A stretch of 57,728 nt of DNA, the filler included, from Thelocarpon superellum (taxonomy: Eukaryota), in assembly GCA_026025795.1 (NCBI GenBank). It is 3 parts of 3 records of this genome, joined end to end, with 100 filler letters (N's around TTAATTAATTAA, not from the genome) between each part and the next. Parts side by side here need not be neighbours in the genome. Positions count along the whole stretch, not along the records: positions 1 to 19,283 come from JAPEUG010000346.1; 2 more parts are not named here. One strand, written 5' to 3'. A program made the position numbers and the translations under genes. Numbering within the stretch: position 1 is the first letter of the stretch; every line of letters starts with the position of its first letter. Under the pieces are notes generated by a model. The model ran no database searches. It saw nothing but the letters and a program-made list of their open reading frames with translations, and was not told the DNA's origin. Below are positions 1 to 11,092 of the stretch, piece by piece.

Positions 1-437
1 GATAGCCCGCACGCGACCCGCGGTGCTGGCTTCGCGGCGCGCGTGTCTGGATGCGCATGATCGGACCCGTCTCACGCCTGATAGTCCGCTGCTGTCGAAA
101 CGCGCCGTTGTGCCTGATGAGTGAGAGGATTTCTCGCCCTCGTCTGATTTAGATAGAGAAAGATGTATCTATACACACACATCATACTGACGCACCCCGG
201 TTATTCCACTTGAGATGGGTGGTCTATTCTACGGAAGCTATCTGTCGTTCTAATATACAGCTATTGTGGGTCACGTGAGGCAGCTTACTCAGAAGCCTCG
301 AGCTCCCGTATGGAGCCTCCACAATACGAGATAGATTGAATGCTACGGCAACCCAGATCCGATCTCGTGTCAAAGGAACAGGCGGGAGCCGTAAGCAGAA
401 GCGTAATAGGAGTCGAACAAGGCAGCTGATCAGTTGC

Positions 438-2820
438 TTACTTCCTTACCTTCCGAGCATGCTTGACCAAGTTCTCGATGACGCCCTCAAACGCCTCTTT
501 GTCACCCAGAGCGCCATCTTTACGCTGGAGCCAGTACTGCAGCACGTCGCTCGCGCGGGCGCTCAGATCTTCAAGAAGCTTCAGGTGGGCGTCGAGTTCC
601 TCCTCGCTGAAGTTAGCCAACATTGCCTCGGTCGTGCTCGTGCATAGGAAGCAGGCTGCGATGGCGTCGAAGGCGGGTGCTGGCGCGGGGCCCTTTCGCT
701 TGTTGTGGCTACTACTGCTGCCGCGCTGCGAGGGGGAGTGCAGGGAGGATGTGGATGAGTTGGCGGTGCCTTTCTTGAGTCGTGCCGTTGACACTGGGCT
801 TGCGGGACTGGCGAGGCCATGGTGTGCTGCATGGTCGCCCGTCTGTAGGGACGCGGAGGAGAGATGCGTCGAGGGTAGAATTAGCTTCTTTTGCTTCGAT
901 GCCGGTAGGATCTCGTCCAGGTCCACGGGTACCCCGAGCGATACGAGGAAAAGTCGTCGGATGCGGGATCGTACCCAGTTGGGAGGTTGTAGTGGCGGTG
1001 GAGCTACGAGCTGCGAATAGAGGGAGGCGCTGGAAGTCGTTAGAGGGGAGAGAGGGGAGGGGGGAGGAGAGGGGAGAGGGGAGAGGGGGGAGGAGAGGGG
1101 AGACGGGAGAGGGGAGACGGGAGAGGGGAGAGGGGAAAGGGGAGACGGGAGACGGGAGACGGGAGACGGGAGACGGGAGACGGGAGACGGGAGACGGGAG
1201 ACGGGAGACGGGAGGGGAGACGGGAGAGGGGAGAGGGAAGACGGGAGACGGGAGACGGGAGACGGGAGACGGGAGACGGGAGACGGGAGGGGAGAGGGGA
1301 GAGGAGAGGGGAGAGGAGAGGGGAGAGGAGAGAGGAGAGAGGAGAGGGAAGAGGGGAGAGGAAAATGGAGAGGGGTATAGATGAGAGAGACCCGTACTTA
1401 CCTCCGTTCCGTGAGAAAGACCGAGTCTGTTTCTGGTAATGGCTCGTGATATGATGGCGCCACGCTCTGTGCCTTGGGAAATAATACCTTCAGGTACGGC
1501 TCTGTCGCCGCAATCACCTCCTCGGGAGTCCTGAGGTCCTCAAAGTTGAGCAGTGGCTACACCACGTTCACCATCGATCAGCACGGACGTCGGACGAACA
1601 AGAGCTGCTGTCATGCTACCAAAGCCAGACCAGACTGCTAGAATTGCGCCTACTCACAAGTAAAGACGAGGGAATGAATTCTGGCGCTGTCTGTGCCTCC
1701 TTTGCCGCCTTCCCGGAATCGCCTGCGTCAATCGATGGCGCCTCGTCAAAGTCGCCGAAATCGTCGTTGTCCCCTCCCTCTTCGAAGTCGTCAAAATCAT
1801 CCGCGAACCCATCGTTCTCCTCGGCATCTTCCCCATCTTCGTCTTCGTTATATTCCTCGCTGTCTTCTCGCCCTCCTGCCGACGCGCCTGCCACCTCTTC
1901 CTCCCCCGCCGTGTCGCTTACCGAGGCAGTGGATCTCGAGGCTGAGGGAGGGTCGGGTTTCTGAGCGTGGGGGGCGGACCTATAAGGTAAGGAAGTTGGC
2001 GATCCTGACTCCGTCAATGCTCGCTGGAAGAGGCACACAGGATAGCACGTCTCGGACGTACCTTGGCCATCGATTGGTGTCTCCACCACGTCCGGCTCCG
2101 CATCTTCCCGGCGCTTCTCGTAGGCCTCGGTCCCAGCAACTTCACCATGGCTGGGGGCGGTGTCCACGCGGATAACTCTCGTGATGGGGATTGGCCGATC
2201 GCCGGGGAGCGACGTCGACTCGTGTCCGCTACTCGCATCGCTTGAGGTACCCGAGGCAGGGACTTGGACGATCTGATCGGGGACGGCGTCACTGATCCGC
2301 TTCCGATGGGCCTTGGTCCCCGGCACCTCGCCATGGCTCGGCACCAACGGATCGACCTTTTCAACTACCGTCATGGGGATGGGGCTGAGCGGGGTGGTCT
2401 CCTCGTGGGTGACGCTTCCACTGCGCGAGCCACGGCGTGACGGGATGTCGACTTGATCCGGTACGGCATCTTGGATTCGCTTGTCGTAGGCCTCCGTACC
2501 GGGCACCTCGCCGTAGCTAGGATTGCTGTCTACCTTCTCCAGCCGCGTCACGGGCACTGGAGACGACGGGCTCGCCTGCGAGGTCGTGCCTGGAGCTTCC
2601 ACGGCGTCCGAGAAGTGGTCGTCTTCCTCATCATCTTCCGACGACTCTGCATGGGTGAGAGATGTCAGTCGGCCGTCCCGCCCCAGACCATGGGCCGGTA
2701 CTCACGGAGGTCATGAGCCCCCGGGTCGTCGATACTAGTCCGAGGCGGAGGCTCTAGAGTCGGCGTGGTTGGGCGGAGCGGAGCATGTTGCCCGGAAACC
2801 GAGCTTGTGGATTTGGGCAT
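438..2820 (-). CDS. DUF5102-family protein, Laa2-like putative AP-1 accessory protein (5 exons)
   Basis: Exons 2820-2706, 2646-2062, 2004-1658, 1556-1402 and 1029-438 join in frame through GT..AG introns. Contains acidic DDFDDF/DDFGDF motifs, 'SQLVAPPPLQPPNWVRSRIRRLFLVSLGVPVDLDEILP' and the C-terminus 'YWLQRKDGALGDKEAFEGVIENLVKHARKVRK', which I recall as typical of this family. Confidence 0.8.
1043..1390. repeat. Polypurine GA-rich tract with (GGGAGAC)n and (GAGAGGGGAGAG)-type tandem repeats, inside an intron
   Basis: Directly visible. Lies within the 1401-1030 intron of the minus-strand gene. Confidence 0.95.
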
Positions 2821-3310
2821 TTTGGGAAGGATACGTCACTCTACGCCATCAATTCTTGCTCACAGACCAAGGCAGAGTAGATTGAGATGAAAAGATTCTG
2901 GCTGGGCGGCCTCACTCACCATGCCATCAACGTCACCTCCGCCTAGCTCCTCAGCCAGCCCAAACACCGGCTGACCTAAGCATCGTCGCGCCTCGTGCCA
3001 CTGAAGGACGAGTACTTGTACGGGGGGCGTGGAGCGGCGCTATTCCGCTTTGGTCCAACGCGCGAAGAGCTCCAGACAACCAAAGAATAAGTTGATCGTC
3101 ACAAGTTTCCGGTTAAAGCGACGACCACGACGCGACCAGCGGCCAGCACGGTCCTCCGACGTCCAGTCTTCTCATCTTTCCGCAAGCAGGGGAAAGATCG
3201 GTCGATCCGTCTAGGAGTCGATCAGGGAAGGCGCACGCTCCCCCGTCCAGGAGCCTCTCGTTGTCCCGACCACACGCCTTCGTCTCCGGCGGGACGATCT
3301 CATCATCATC

Positions 3311-5502
3311 ATGTCGGGCAACGACAAGCCAACCTTCTCCTTTGGGGCCCCATCCAGCACTGCGGGCAACAATCCTAGCCCATTTGGGGCGGCCGCGGGA
3401 GCCAGCACTACCTCAGGGTCCCCGTTTGGCACCTTCGGGAATACGGGCTCGAACCTCTTTGGCAGCTCAAGCGCTGCTTCCACTGCCGGTGCGAGCAAGC
3501 CCCTCTTCGGGACAGCGTCGAACAATCCCACAGCTTCCAGTACGGCGTCACCAACCTTTGGTAGCACAACCGGGAGCCCGGCAGGGACACCAGCAGGATT
3601 CAGCTTTGGCGCCACCCCAACCCCGGCCGCCACAAAGGCCGCGGACGCGAGTGGCCTGTTTTCGACCCCCAACAAGACCTCCGCCTCGACCAGTGGCGCG
3701 TTGACGCAGACAGCCAATCTATTCGGTGGAGCTGGCGCGAGCACGGGAGGGGCGGGACTCTTTGGGGGAGGCGGATCGACGACGGCTACGACGACGCCCG
3801 GGACCAGCACCCCAGCCAGTAGCAAGCCGACGTTATCCTTTGCCACCTCCACCACCCCGGCCGGTCCTCCGCCCGCCGCGGGGAGCGATGCCAAGCCTGC
3901 GCCGAGCCTTTTTGGCGTGAAGACCCAGGCCCCCGCATCCGGTCTCTTTGGCGCGCCGACGTCGACGCAGCCATCACCGGCAACCAGCTCGGCCGCAGGC
4001 CTCTTCGGGGGAAGCACGCAAACAGCCTCCACCGGTCTCTTTGGCGCCAAACCTAGCACCGACGCCAAGTCAAACACTTCGACCACGCAACCGGGCTCAT
4101 CGCAATTGTTCGGCGGACTCCCGGCGGCACCGCCGACGTCGAATCTCTTTGGCGGGCTCAACCAGTCGCAGGAAAACACGGCCCCGGCTTCCGCCGCGGC
4201 CGCTTCGGCCGGTTCCCTCTTCTCCCGAGCGGCGCAACCAAACGTCAGCGGTGCGGAGAATAAGCCAGCGTCTGCCTTTGGAGCTCCGCCGGCACAGGCC
4301 ACGTCCAAGGCCGAAAAGTCGGCCCCTCCGCTCTTCGGCAGCGTCAATACGACTACGGCTTCCCCAACCTCAAAGCCTGCATTCTCCTTCCCATCCAGCA
4401 CCACCGCGGCTGCAGCAGGAACGAACCCTTCGCCCGCCACGACCGGCCCTACAGTCCCCAGCACTGCCGCCAACATGTTTGGTGGGCTCGGCGCCGCAAC
4501 CTCTGCTCCGGGAGCGTCGTCACCGGCTACTACGACAGCCGCTACCAACCTCTTCGGAAGCCTCGGAGCGAAGACGACCCAAGCCCCATCCGCGACCACG
4601 GCCGCCACGTCTGCACCAGCCGCGACCAGCGCCGCCCCGACGTCGGCGTCAGCGCTATTTGGTGCACCGTCCACGGCAGCCTCGACGTCAGCAGCGCCGG
4701 CCCCGGCCACGTCGACCGCTCCAGTAGGGGGAGCAACGACCGGCGCGGCCCCGGCCCCGGCCCCGGCATCCACATCTGGCCCCGCTCCCGCGCCGCAGTC
4801 TCGGCTCAAGAACAAGTCGATGGAAGAGATCATCAACGGCTGGGCTATGGATCTCATCAAGTATCAGAAAGAGTTTCAGAGTCAGGCGGAGAAGGTGGCC
4901 ACGTGGGATCAGCTCTTGGTGGAGAACGGCGAGAAGATCCAGAAGCTGTACGCCAGCACCTACGAGGCCGAGCGAGCGAGCTCCGAGGTCGAGCGCCAGC
5001 TCTCGGCCGTTGAGTCCCAGCAGGAGGAATTGACCGGCTGGCTTGACCGATATGAGCGCGAGGTCGACCAGATGTTTGCCCGACAGATTGGCCCCGGCGA
5101 AGGTCTCCAGGGACCTGACCAAGAGCGAGAGCGAACGTAAGTGCTGTCCGTGCCTACTACCACGCGAACTGACCCGCCGATGCCAGATACAAATTGGCCG
5201 AGACGCTATCCGACCGGCTCGACGACATGGGCAAAGACCTCAAGAATATGATTGAGCAGATCAACACGGCGTCGTCGAGCCTGAGCACGACGAATAAGGC
5301 CGACGATCCCCTCTCGCAGATCGTCAAGATCCTCAACAGCCACCTTTCGTCGCTGCAGTGGATCGACCAGAACGCTTCGGCCCTGCAGGCCAAGATCGCC
5401 GCCGCCCAGAAAGCCGGACAGAGCCTGGCGTCGAATGGTCACAATGCCCCCGGCGACGATGCCGCCGATGACTTCTACCGCTCCTTCATGGGACGGCGGT
5501 GA
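3311..5502 (+). CDS. NSP1: FG-repeat nucleoporin Nsp1/Nup62
   Basis: Many FG/LFG/FSFG repeats, then the Nsp1_C coiled coil 'SRLKNKSMEEIINGWAMDLIKYQKEFQSQAEKVATWDQLLVENGEKI'. One intron, 5137-5186 (GTAAGT, CTGAC, CAG). Confidence 0.96.
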
Positions 5503-5766
5503 GGGCCGGGCCTGGGCACACTCTACCATACGAACCCTCCGTCATGTCTCCCCTTTGATTCTCTTGCCGGGAACGGCCACGACCACTCGGGTCTTGTACT
5601 ATAGCGTAAATAAACCGAACCGTGACATCTGCTCGGTGCCGATGGGACGATGTTCGTATGAATGGAATGCTGCTTATTGATGGGAGTGGAAATGCTTTTG
5701 CCGCTATACATCTGCCCGCGATCTGATCCCCCACTCTCCTCTGCATCTCTGCCTAGTCTCTCAATC

Positions 5767-6316
5767 TCAATTGTGTTCTCCACCTTGTTCCTTGGTCAAC
5801 TCCTCCCTACGACGTGGCATCATCCAGTCAGTGGGCAGCTCTTATCGACAAAGAGGGACGGATCTCCTACAGGTGCTTGTCCAGCTCGTTGAGGTGAGCC
5901 CGCTGGGTCTCAATCTTCTTTCGCAGCGCCAAGAGCCTAATCATCATCCTCGTCAGCACGTGCGTGCGGAGCCGGAGGAGCAGGTCGAGGAGGAGGGAGA
6001 GGGAGAGGAAGAGGGTAGGGCCGACGCAAGACGTACTTCTCCTTCTCCTTTTCCTTGACGTAAAAGTCCTCATTGGCCTTCTCGCGCTTGGTGTAGGCAT
6101 CCCTACGCATGACGAACGACGGATCAGCGATGTCCGAGGCCATGAGAGAGACGAGAAGGGGTGCTCAAGCACGGACCCTTGAGCTATACCTCCGGCGCGA
6201 GAAGCGCCGGATCCTGTGGCACCCTCGGCCATGCCGCGAGTGATGCTCCAAGTGACGACGCGAGGAGAGCTGCGCAGAGCCGGGCGGGCGGAGTGGGAGA
6301 CTTGGGCGCGAATCAT
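5767..6316 (-). CDS. INH1: Mitochondrial F1Fo-ATPase inhibitor (IATP family), about 103 aa, 4 exons
   Basis: Exons 6316-6177, 6102-6037, 5936-5871 and 5806-5767 give an Arg/Ser-rich presequence plus 'EGATGS..GDAYTKREKANEDFYVKEKEKEKLLALRKKIETQRAHLNELDKHLEEL'. Confidence 0.93.
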
Positions 6317-6614
6317 GATGCTGGTGGAGTCTGGGATGGACGTGGACAGGTGCGGAGGTTAGCTATGAGAGGATGGGGCCTGGTGATTGGTAGACGACCG
6401 ACAGACGCCGGCGGAGGTGATGCTGCTCCTCGTCACCAAACATTTGTCCACTTTCGATTACGGGACGCCAGGTGACCGTCTAGGCCTCAACGTTGCTTCC
6501 TCTGGTACTCTGGCGCCGACCGTACCGGACCCTATGATCCGGTTGTGGCGGACTAACTGCGAGCGCAGTACTGGTGGGCGTTGCCGGGCCTCGCTTCCTA
6601 TCGCCCATAGCGAC

Positions 6615-6652
6615 GTCCCACTCGCCGTCCCACTCGCCGTCCCACTCGCCGT
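6615..6652. repeat. Tandem 12-mer (GTCCCACTCGCC) x3
   Basis: Directly visible in the INH1/14-3-3 intergenic region. Confidence 0.85.
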
Positions 6653-7746
6653 AGGCAGCGAGCAGCGGGCAGCAGGCAGTGACGGCATCGTCAGGTGACG
6701 ACGCACGCAAGGGCGGACCCCCTCCCTCTCTTCACATGATGATTCCAACCTGGACGCTGCTGTCTGCCGCACTCCTTCGTCCGGATGAGAATTTCACTCG
6801 GTCGAACTTCGGTGATTGGTCGCCCACGGCCCTTCCCCCCACCGCCATGGCACGAGAGCACGCGATTCAGCCTGGCGCACTAACCCCTTCCCTCGTCGCT
6901 CCGCTAGGCTCAGCACCGTCCACGAGGGAGTGAGGAGTACGGTGGGCATGGAGAGAAGTCAATGCAACCCGTCGGCAAAATTGGCATCCCAGAATTTTCT
7001 CGATATCTGGAGTGGAGGATGCAAGGGAGCATAGTCGTTGGGCGGGAGTGACGAGCCACGACCTGGGTCGGTGGTGGCGTCCGTGGTGGCAAGAGGTTAC
7101 TACCGACCGCACCGTGACCATGATCGACCATGTCTTGCATCAGATTCATTATCCGAAGCAATGCATTCCCTTCAGGGGAGGCCTTCCCTCGCCCAGGACC
7201 AACGCCGCCGCATCGTGGTTCAAGTATCTCCTAGGTTTCGCAATCACTGCCGGGTCATGCCACGGTGACTTGGAAGTGACCAGCGGCGGCGTCAGCCGGG
7301 GCTGGCGTGATCAGGATCGGGGGCACGTCTGCCCGGTCACCAGTGCGCCTGTGGTACACGTCCTCTTGTATTGGCAGGGCGGGCAGCAGTACACCAGTGG
7401 TGACTCGTAGCACAAAGTGCCAGTGCGCGCAGGCCACCGTCGCCGCCCAGACGCCGCCTAGGCAGTCGACTTGTGGTGATAAAGCCACGTGACTAAGCAA
7501 GCGAGATTACGATTGACTCTTGGGACCCTCCCACCACCGCCTTCTGCACGTCGATCCTGACAGGACAAGTACTTGGCCTTGACTGCGTCGAAGATCGTTT
7601 TGACATTCCATCAGACTCACCACCCACGCCCTCGCCCTCGCCTTGCCCACCATCTGAATCTATTCGAGACACTCTCTTCGCGCGCCTTTCTACCCGCAAC
7701 GTCCACTTTCAGCCCCAACCATACTCAAGGGACTATCCGTCCACAG

Positions 7747-8241
7747 GTAAGCCGCATCTCTTCGTCGTCACGGGCGCAAGTGCAGTGTCATCAGCGCCAT
7801 CAGCACCCGTCCCCCCCCGGGCCCGCGTATCCCTTTGCCGGCCTGCTCGCACGCGTCCCGAGTGGTGGATCGGATGGGGATGATGGCGCGAGCCGGGAGC
7901 CGACCCTGGCGATTGCACCCTCATTGACGCGGGATGACGTTGTCGTGGTCCGATTTGAGGGGCCATCACCAGGCGCATCCATCCCTCGGTGCGGGCCCGG
8001 GACGTCTCACGTCTCTCGTTTCCTGACCACGAGGGTGATCGCGACGAGATCCACCTGGGCCCTCCATGCGGTCTCCCTCGTGTCCCGGGCGAAGACTTGT
8101 GGTGGCCTACTCGGTGCCACCCCACGCGCTTCGCGTGTTGATGATCCCACCCGTCAGCGCGGGCGATCATCACCTGCCACCCCAACTTTCCTCGAGCGAC
8201 CACGACGGAACCAGTTTCTGTACTAACGACCGTCCGAGCAG
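7747..8241 (+). other. Probable 5'-UTR intron of the 14-3-3 gene
   Basis: CAG|GTAAGC donor at 7747, perfect TACTAAC branch site at 8221-8227, CAG acceptor at 8241, 18 nt before the ATG. Confidence 0.75.
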
Positions 8242-8259
8242 ACCACGAACTCAGTCAAG

Positions 8260-9314
8260 ATGGGCTACGAAGATTCCGTGTACCTCGCCAAGCTCGCGGA
8301 GCAGGCTGAGCGCTATGAAGGTGCGTGCGCCCTACTCCCGCGTCACCTCCCGACCACCGGGGGGCTCAGGTGGTGCGGACTGACGATGGTCTCCGTAGAA
8401 ATGGTGGAGAACATGAAGACCGTGGCCGGCGCCGACCAGGAGCTCTCGGTGGAGGAGCGAAATCTGTTATCGGTCGCGTACAAGAACGTCATTGGCGCGA
8501 GACGTGCGTCGTGGCGGATCGTGACGTCGATCGAGCAGAAGGAGGAATCTAAGGGCAACGAGGCTCAGGTCACCCTCATCAAGGAGTATCGCCAGAAGAT
8601 CGAGGCCGAACTGGCCAAGATCTGCGAGGACATCCTCGAGGTACTTGACAAGCACCTGATCCCCTCGGCCCAGAGCGGCGAGTCCAAGGTTTTCTACCAC
8701 AAGATGTAAGCTTCGTCCCCGACTCCCTCACTCTGTGCCCCGCATGGCGGGTGCTGGGTGGAGGTCCCGCTACCTACCGATCGGATGCTCATGAGGCGCG
8801 CGCATGGCAGGAAGGGCGACTACCACCGCTACTTGGCCGAGTTCGCGCTCGGCGATAAGCGCAAGGAGTCTGCCGACAAGTCCTTGGAGGCCTACAAGAA
8901 CGCCACCGAGGTGGCGCAGACGGACCTGGCGCCCACGCATCCCATCCGTCTCGGGCTCGCCCTCAACTTCTCCGTCTTCTACTACGAGATCCTCAACTCG
9001 CCCGACCAGGCCTGCCACCTGGCCAAGCAGGCCTTTGATGACGCCATCGCCGAGCTGGACACCTTAAGTGAGGAGAGCTACAAGGACTCGACCCTCATCA
9101 TGCAGCTGCTGCGAGACAATCTGGTAAGTCCTGACCGTCCCCGGCCCCGGTGCACGGCGCGGAGAGCCTCGTCGCTGACCCGCCGCCCCAGACCCTCTGG
9201 ACCTCCTCCGAGGCCGAGCCGGCCGCCGAGGGCGCCGCCGCGTCCGCCGAGCCCAAGGAGACGACCGAGGCGCCGGCACCTGCGGAGGCCAAGCCCGAGG
9301 CTGCCGCCGAGTAA
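8260..9314 (+). CDS. BMH1: 14-3-3 protein (Bmh/Rad24/ArtA family), about 267 aa, 4 coding exons
   Basis: Exons 8260-8320, 8399-8705, 8811-9123 and 9192-9314. Signature motifs [49 protein letters not shown] and [20 protein letters not shown]. The symbol is nominal because BMH1 and BMH2 cannot be told apart here. Confidence 0.98.
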
Positions 9315-9975
9315 AGAGGCGGAGAGGCGTTGGTCGAGGGACGTGGTGGGTGAGAGGTGGGCGCGTCCACGGCGGCTTTGCTGGAGGAGGAAGGACGTGC
9401 CACGAGGGGTAAACGGGATGACGCGGATCCGTCTGCACGTCGACCGATCCACCCCGTGGCCGCGCGTCGGCTTCCACATCTTCCCTTTCCTTCCCTGAGC
9501 TTGGCGCGTGTGATTTAGCTGGAGCCCTCACATCCGTCCCTCGCACGCCGTTCTGCTTGGTCACCCTACGTTGCGATCGGTGGCGGCAGTGGCGGCTGCG
9601 AATGGAACCAAATTGGCGGCGGTGTTTTCTTGAGGGCTGATGCGTGGGAGCGACGGTGGCGCAACCCCCCGTTCGCATCGACGTCTACGCCTCCATCACT
9701 GGCCCCCCAATTCCTTTCCCTTTCCCTCCCTCCTTTCCCCTCTGTTGGTCCGGCACGCCTCCCTTCCTGCGTTCCCCATCTCCGCCGTACGATTGATGTT
9801 TCCCTGGCTCTGTAGGTTCCCTCCGCGTGGATCCCCCTTTAGAGAGGTGCAATCATGAGACACTCATTAGACGCCTGGCGCTCCCCCCCCCCCCCCCCTC
9901 AACACCTGGCCCGTGGGTATGCCGTTATGCCGTTGTGGGCCATGCTCCGCTGGCTCCCCCACACGCCGAGCGCAT

Positions 9976-10462
9976 TCATTTCGCCCGGCCGCCCTTGCCC
10001 TTGGCGGCGCCCGCGGAGATGATCTTGCTCGTAGACATCAGGTCGCCGATGTAGCTGCAATGCCGGGGTTAGCCGCGCTTCCTTTCCCTCCCCCATGCTG
10101 GAGCGAACGGCAACACTGACGACTGGAGAAACTTATTCTCGCCCTCGAGCTTGTCGTGCTCCGCCCGCACTCCCTCCACCCGCTCGACGAGCGCAAGCAG
10201 ACTGGCCTGCAGGGTCTTCGCCCGCCTAAGATGTGGTCAGTCTCCGCCGCTCCGTGATGGGCATGCTGGGTGGCGGGTGTGGCCGGGGCAGATGGGAAAA
10301 ACTGGAGGCGCACTCTTGCTTCGTCTGGCGAGCCTGCTCCTGCGCCGCCTGGTCGACCTCGACTTCGGCGTCGTCTCCCGAGGACGGACGACTGGCGGAC
10401 TCGACTGACTCCTGCTCCTCGTGGGATCCCTGCGCCTGGAGGTCCTCGTCCGCTTCACTCAT
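9976..10462 (-). CDS. SLO1: Short coiled-coil protein, SCOC/Slo1/UNC-69 (DUF2205) family, about 110 aa, 3 exons
   Basis: Exons 10462-10314, 10225-10121 and 10054-9976 with CTGAC/CTAAC branch sites give an acidic N-terminus plus 'AKTLQASLLALVERVEGVRAEHDKLEGENKFLQSYIGDLMSTSKI'. Not captured intact by the ORF track. Confidence 0.85.
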
Positions 10463-11092
10463 CGTGACAAGACTACGGGTCACGACGTTTGAGCATCCGG
10501 AGGTGTGCCCTGGGCAATCCGAGGTTCGGCGGCACGTTCGACAAACCGGCGGTGGCTCCCATACAGCTCGTTGGAGTGGCATTTTGGCCGGGGTACGCGA
10601 AGCGTAGCGTAGCGGAGCCTGCCCACGGCGAATTCCGCCCCGCGCCCGCCGACCGGCAGGTGAAACGTGAAACGACGTCAGCCCCTCGACGGACTGTAAC
10701 TGTATTCGTACCCGACCGAGGGCGTGCAGTGCAGATGCACCTGCAGTCAAGTAGAGGAAATAAACATGCCCATTTCGCCGAGCTCCTCGTAGAATGAGCG
10801 CTCGTCTTGACCGTGCTTGAGCCTGTGACCGTCCACCGCCCCCGCCCCGTTGGTCTGTGAATGCGTTTCCCATTTGGCCCTGTCATTCTCTCCGGAGTGT
10901 CGACAGGGGCGTGTGATACGTCCCATCGCAGGTGACGTCCCATGACACCGCCCTCGTCCTCGTCCGTTCCTCCACCATCACGTCGCCACCGGCTCGCAGC
11001 GAAGCGGGGCAGTGCCGGTCCTCCCGTCTCGGGGCCCCTCCACGGCCCATCGGGCCTACCTGAGCGTATCCACCCCACCGATCGGCCAGGTC

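Noticed and set aside
782..1384. 200-aa G/R/E-rich ORF
   Set aside because: It is a translation of the intronic GA satellite on the non-coding strand.
3211..4860. 549-aa antisense ORF opposite NSP1
   Set aside because: Shadow ORF from GC-rich codon bias in the FG-repeat region, with no independent features. The same applies to most other overlapping ORFs in the track.
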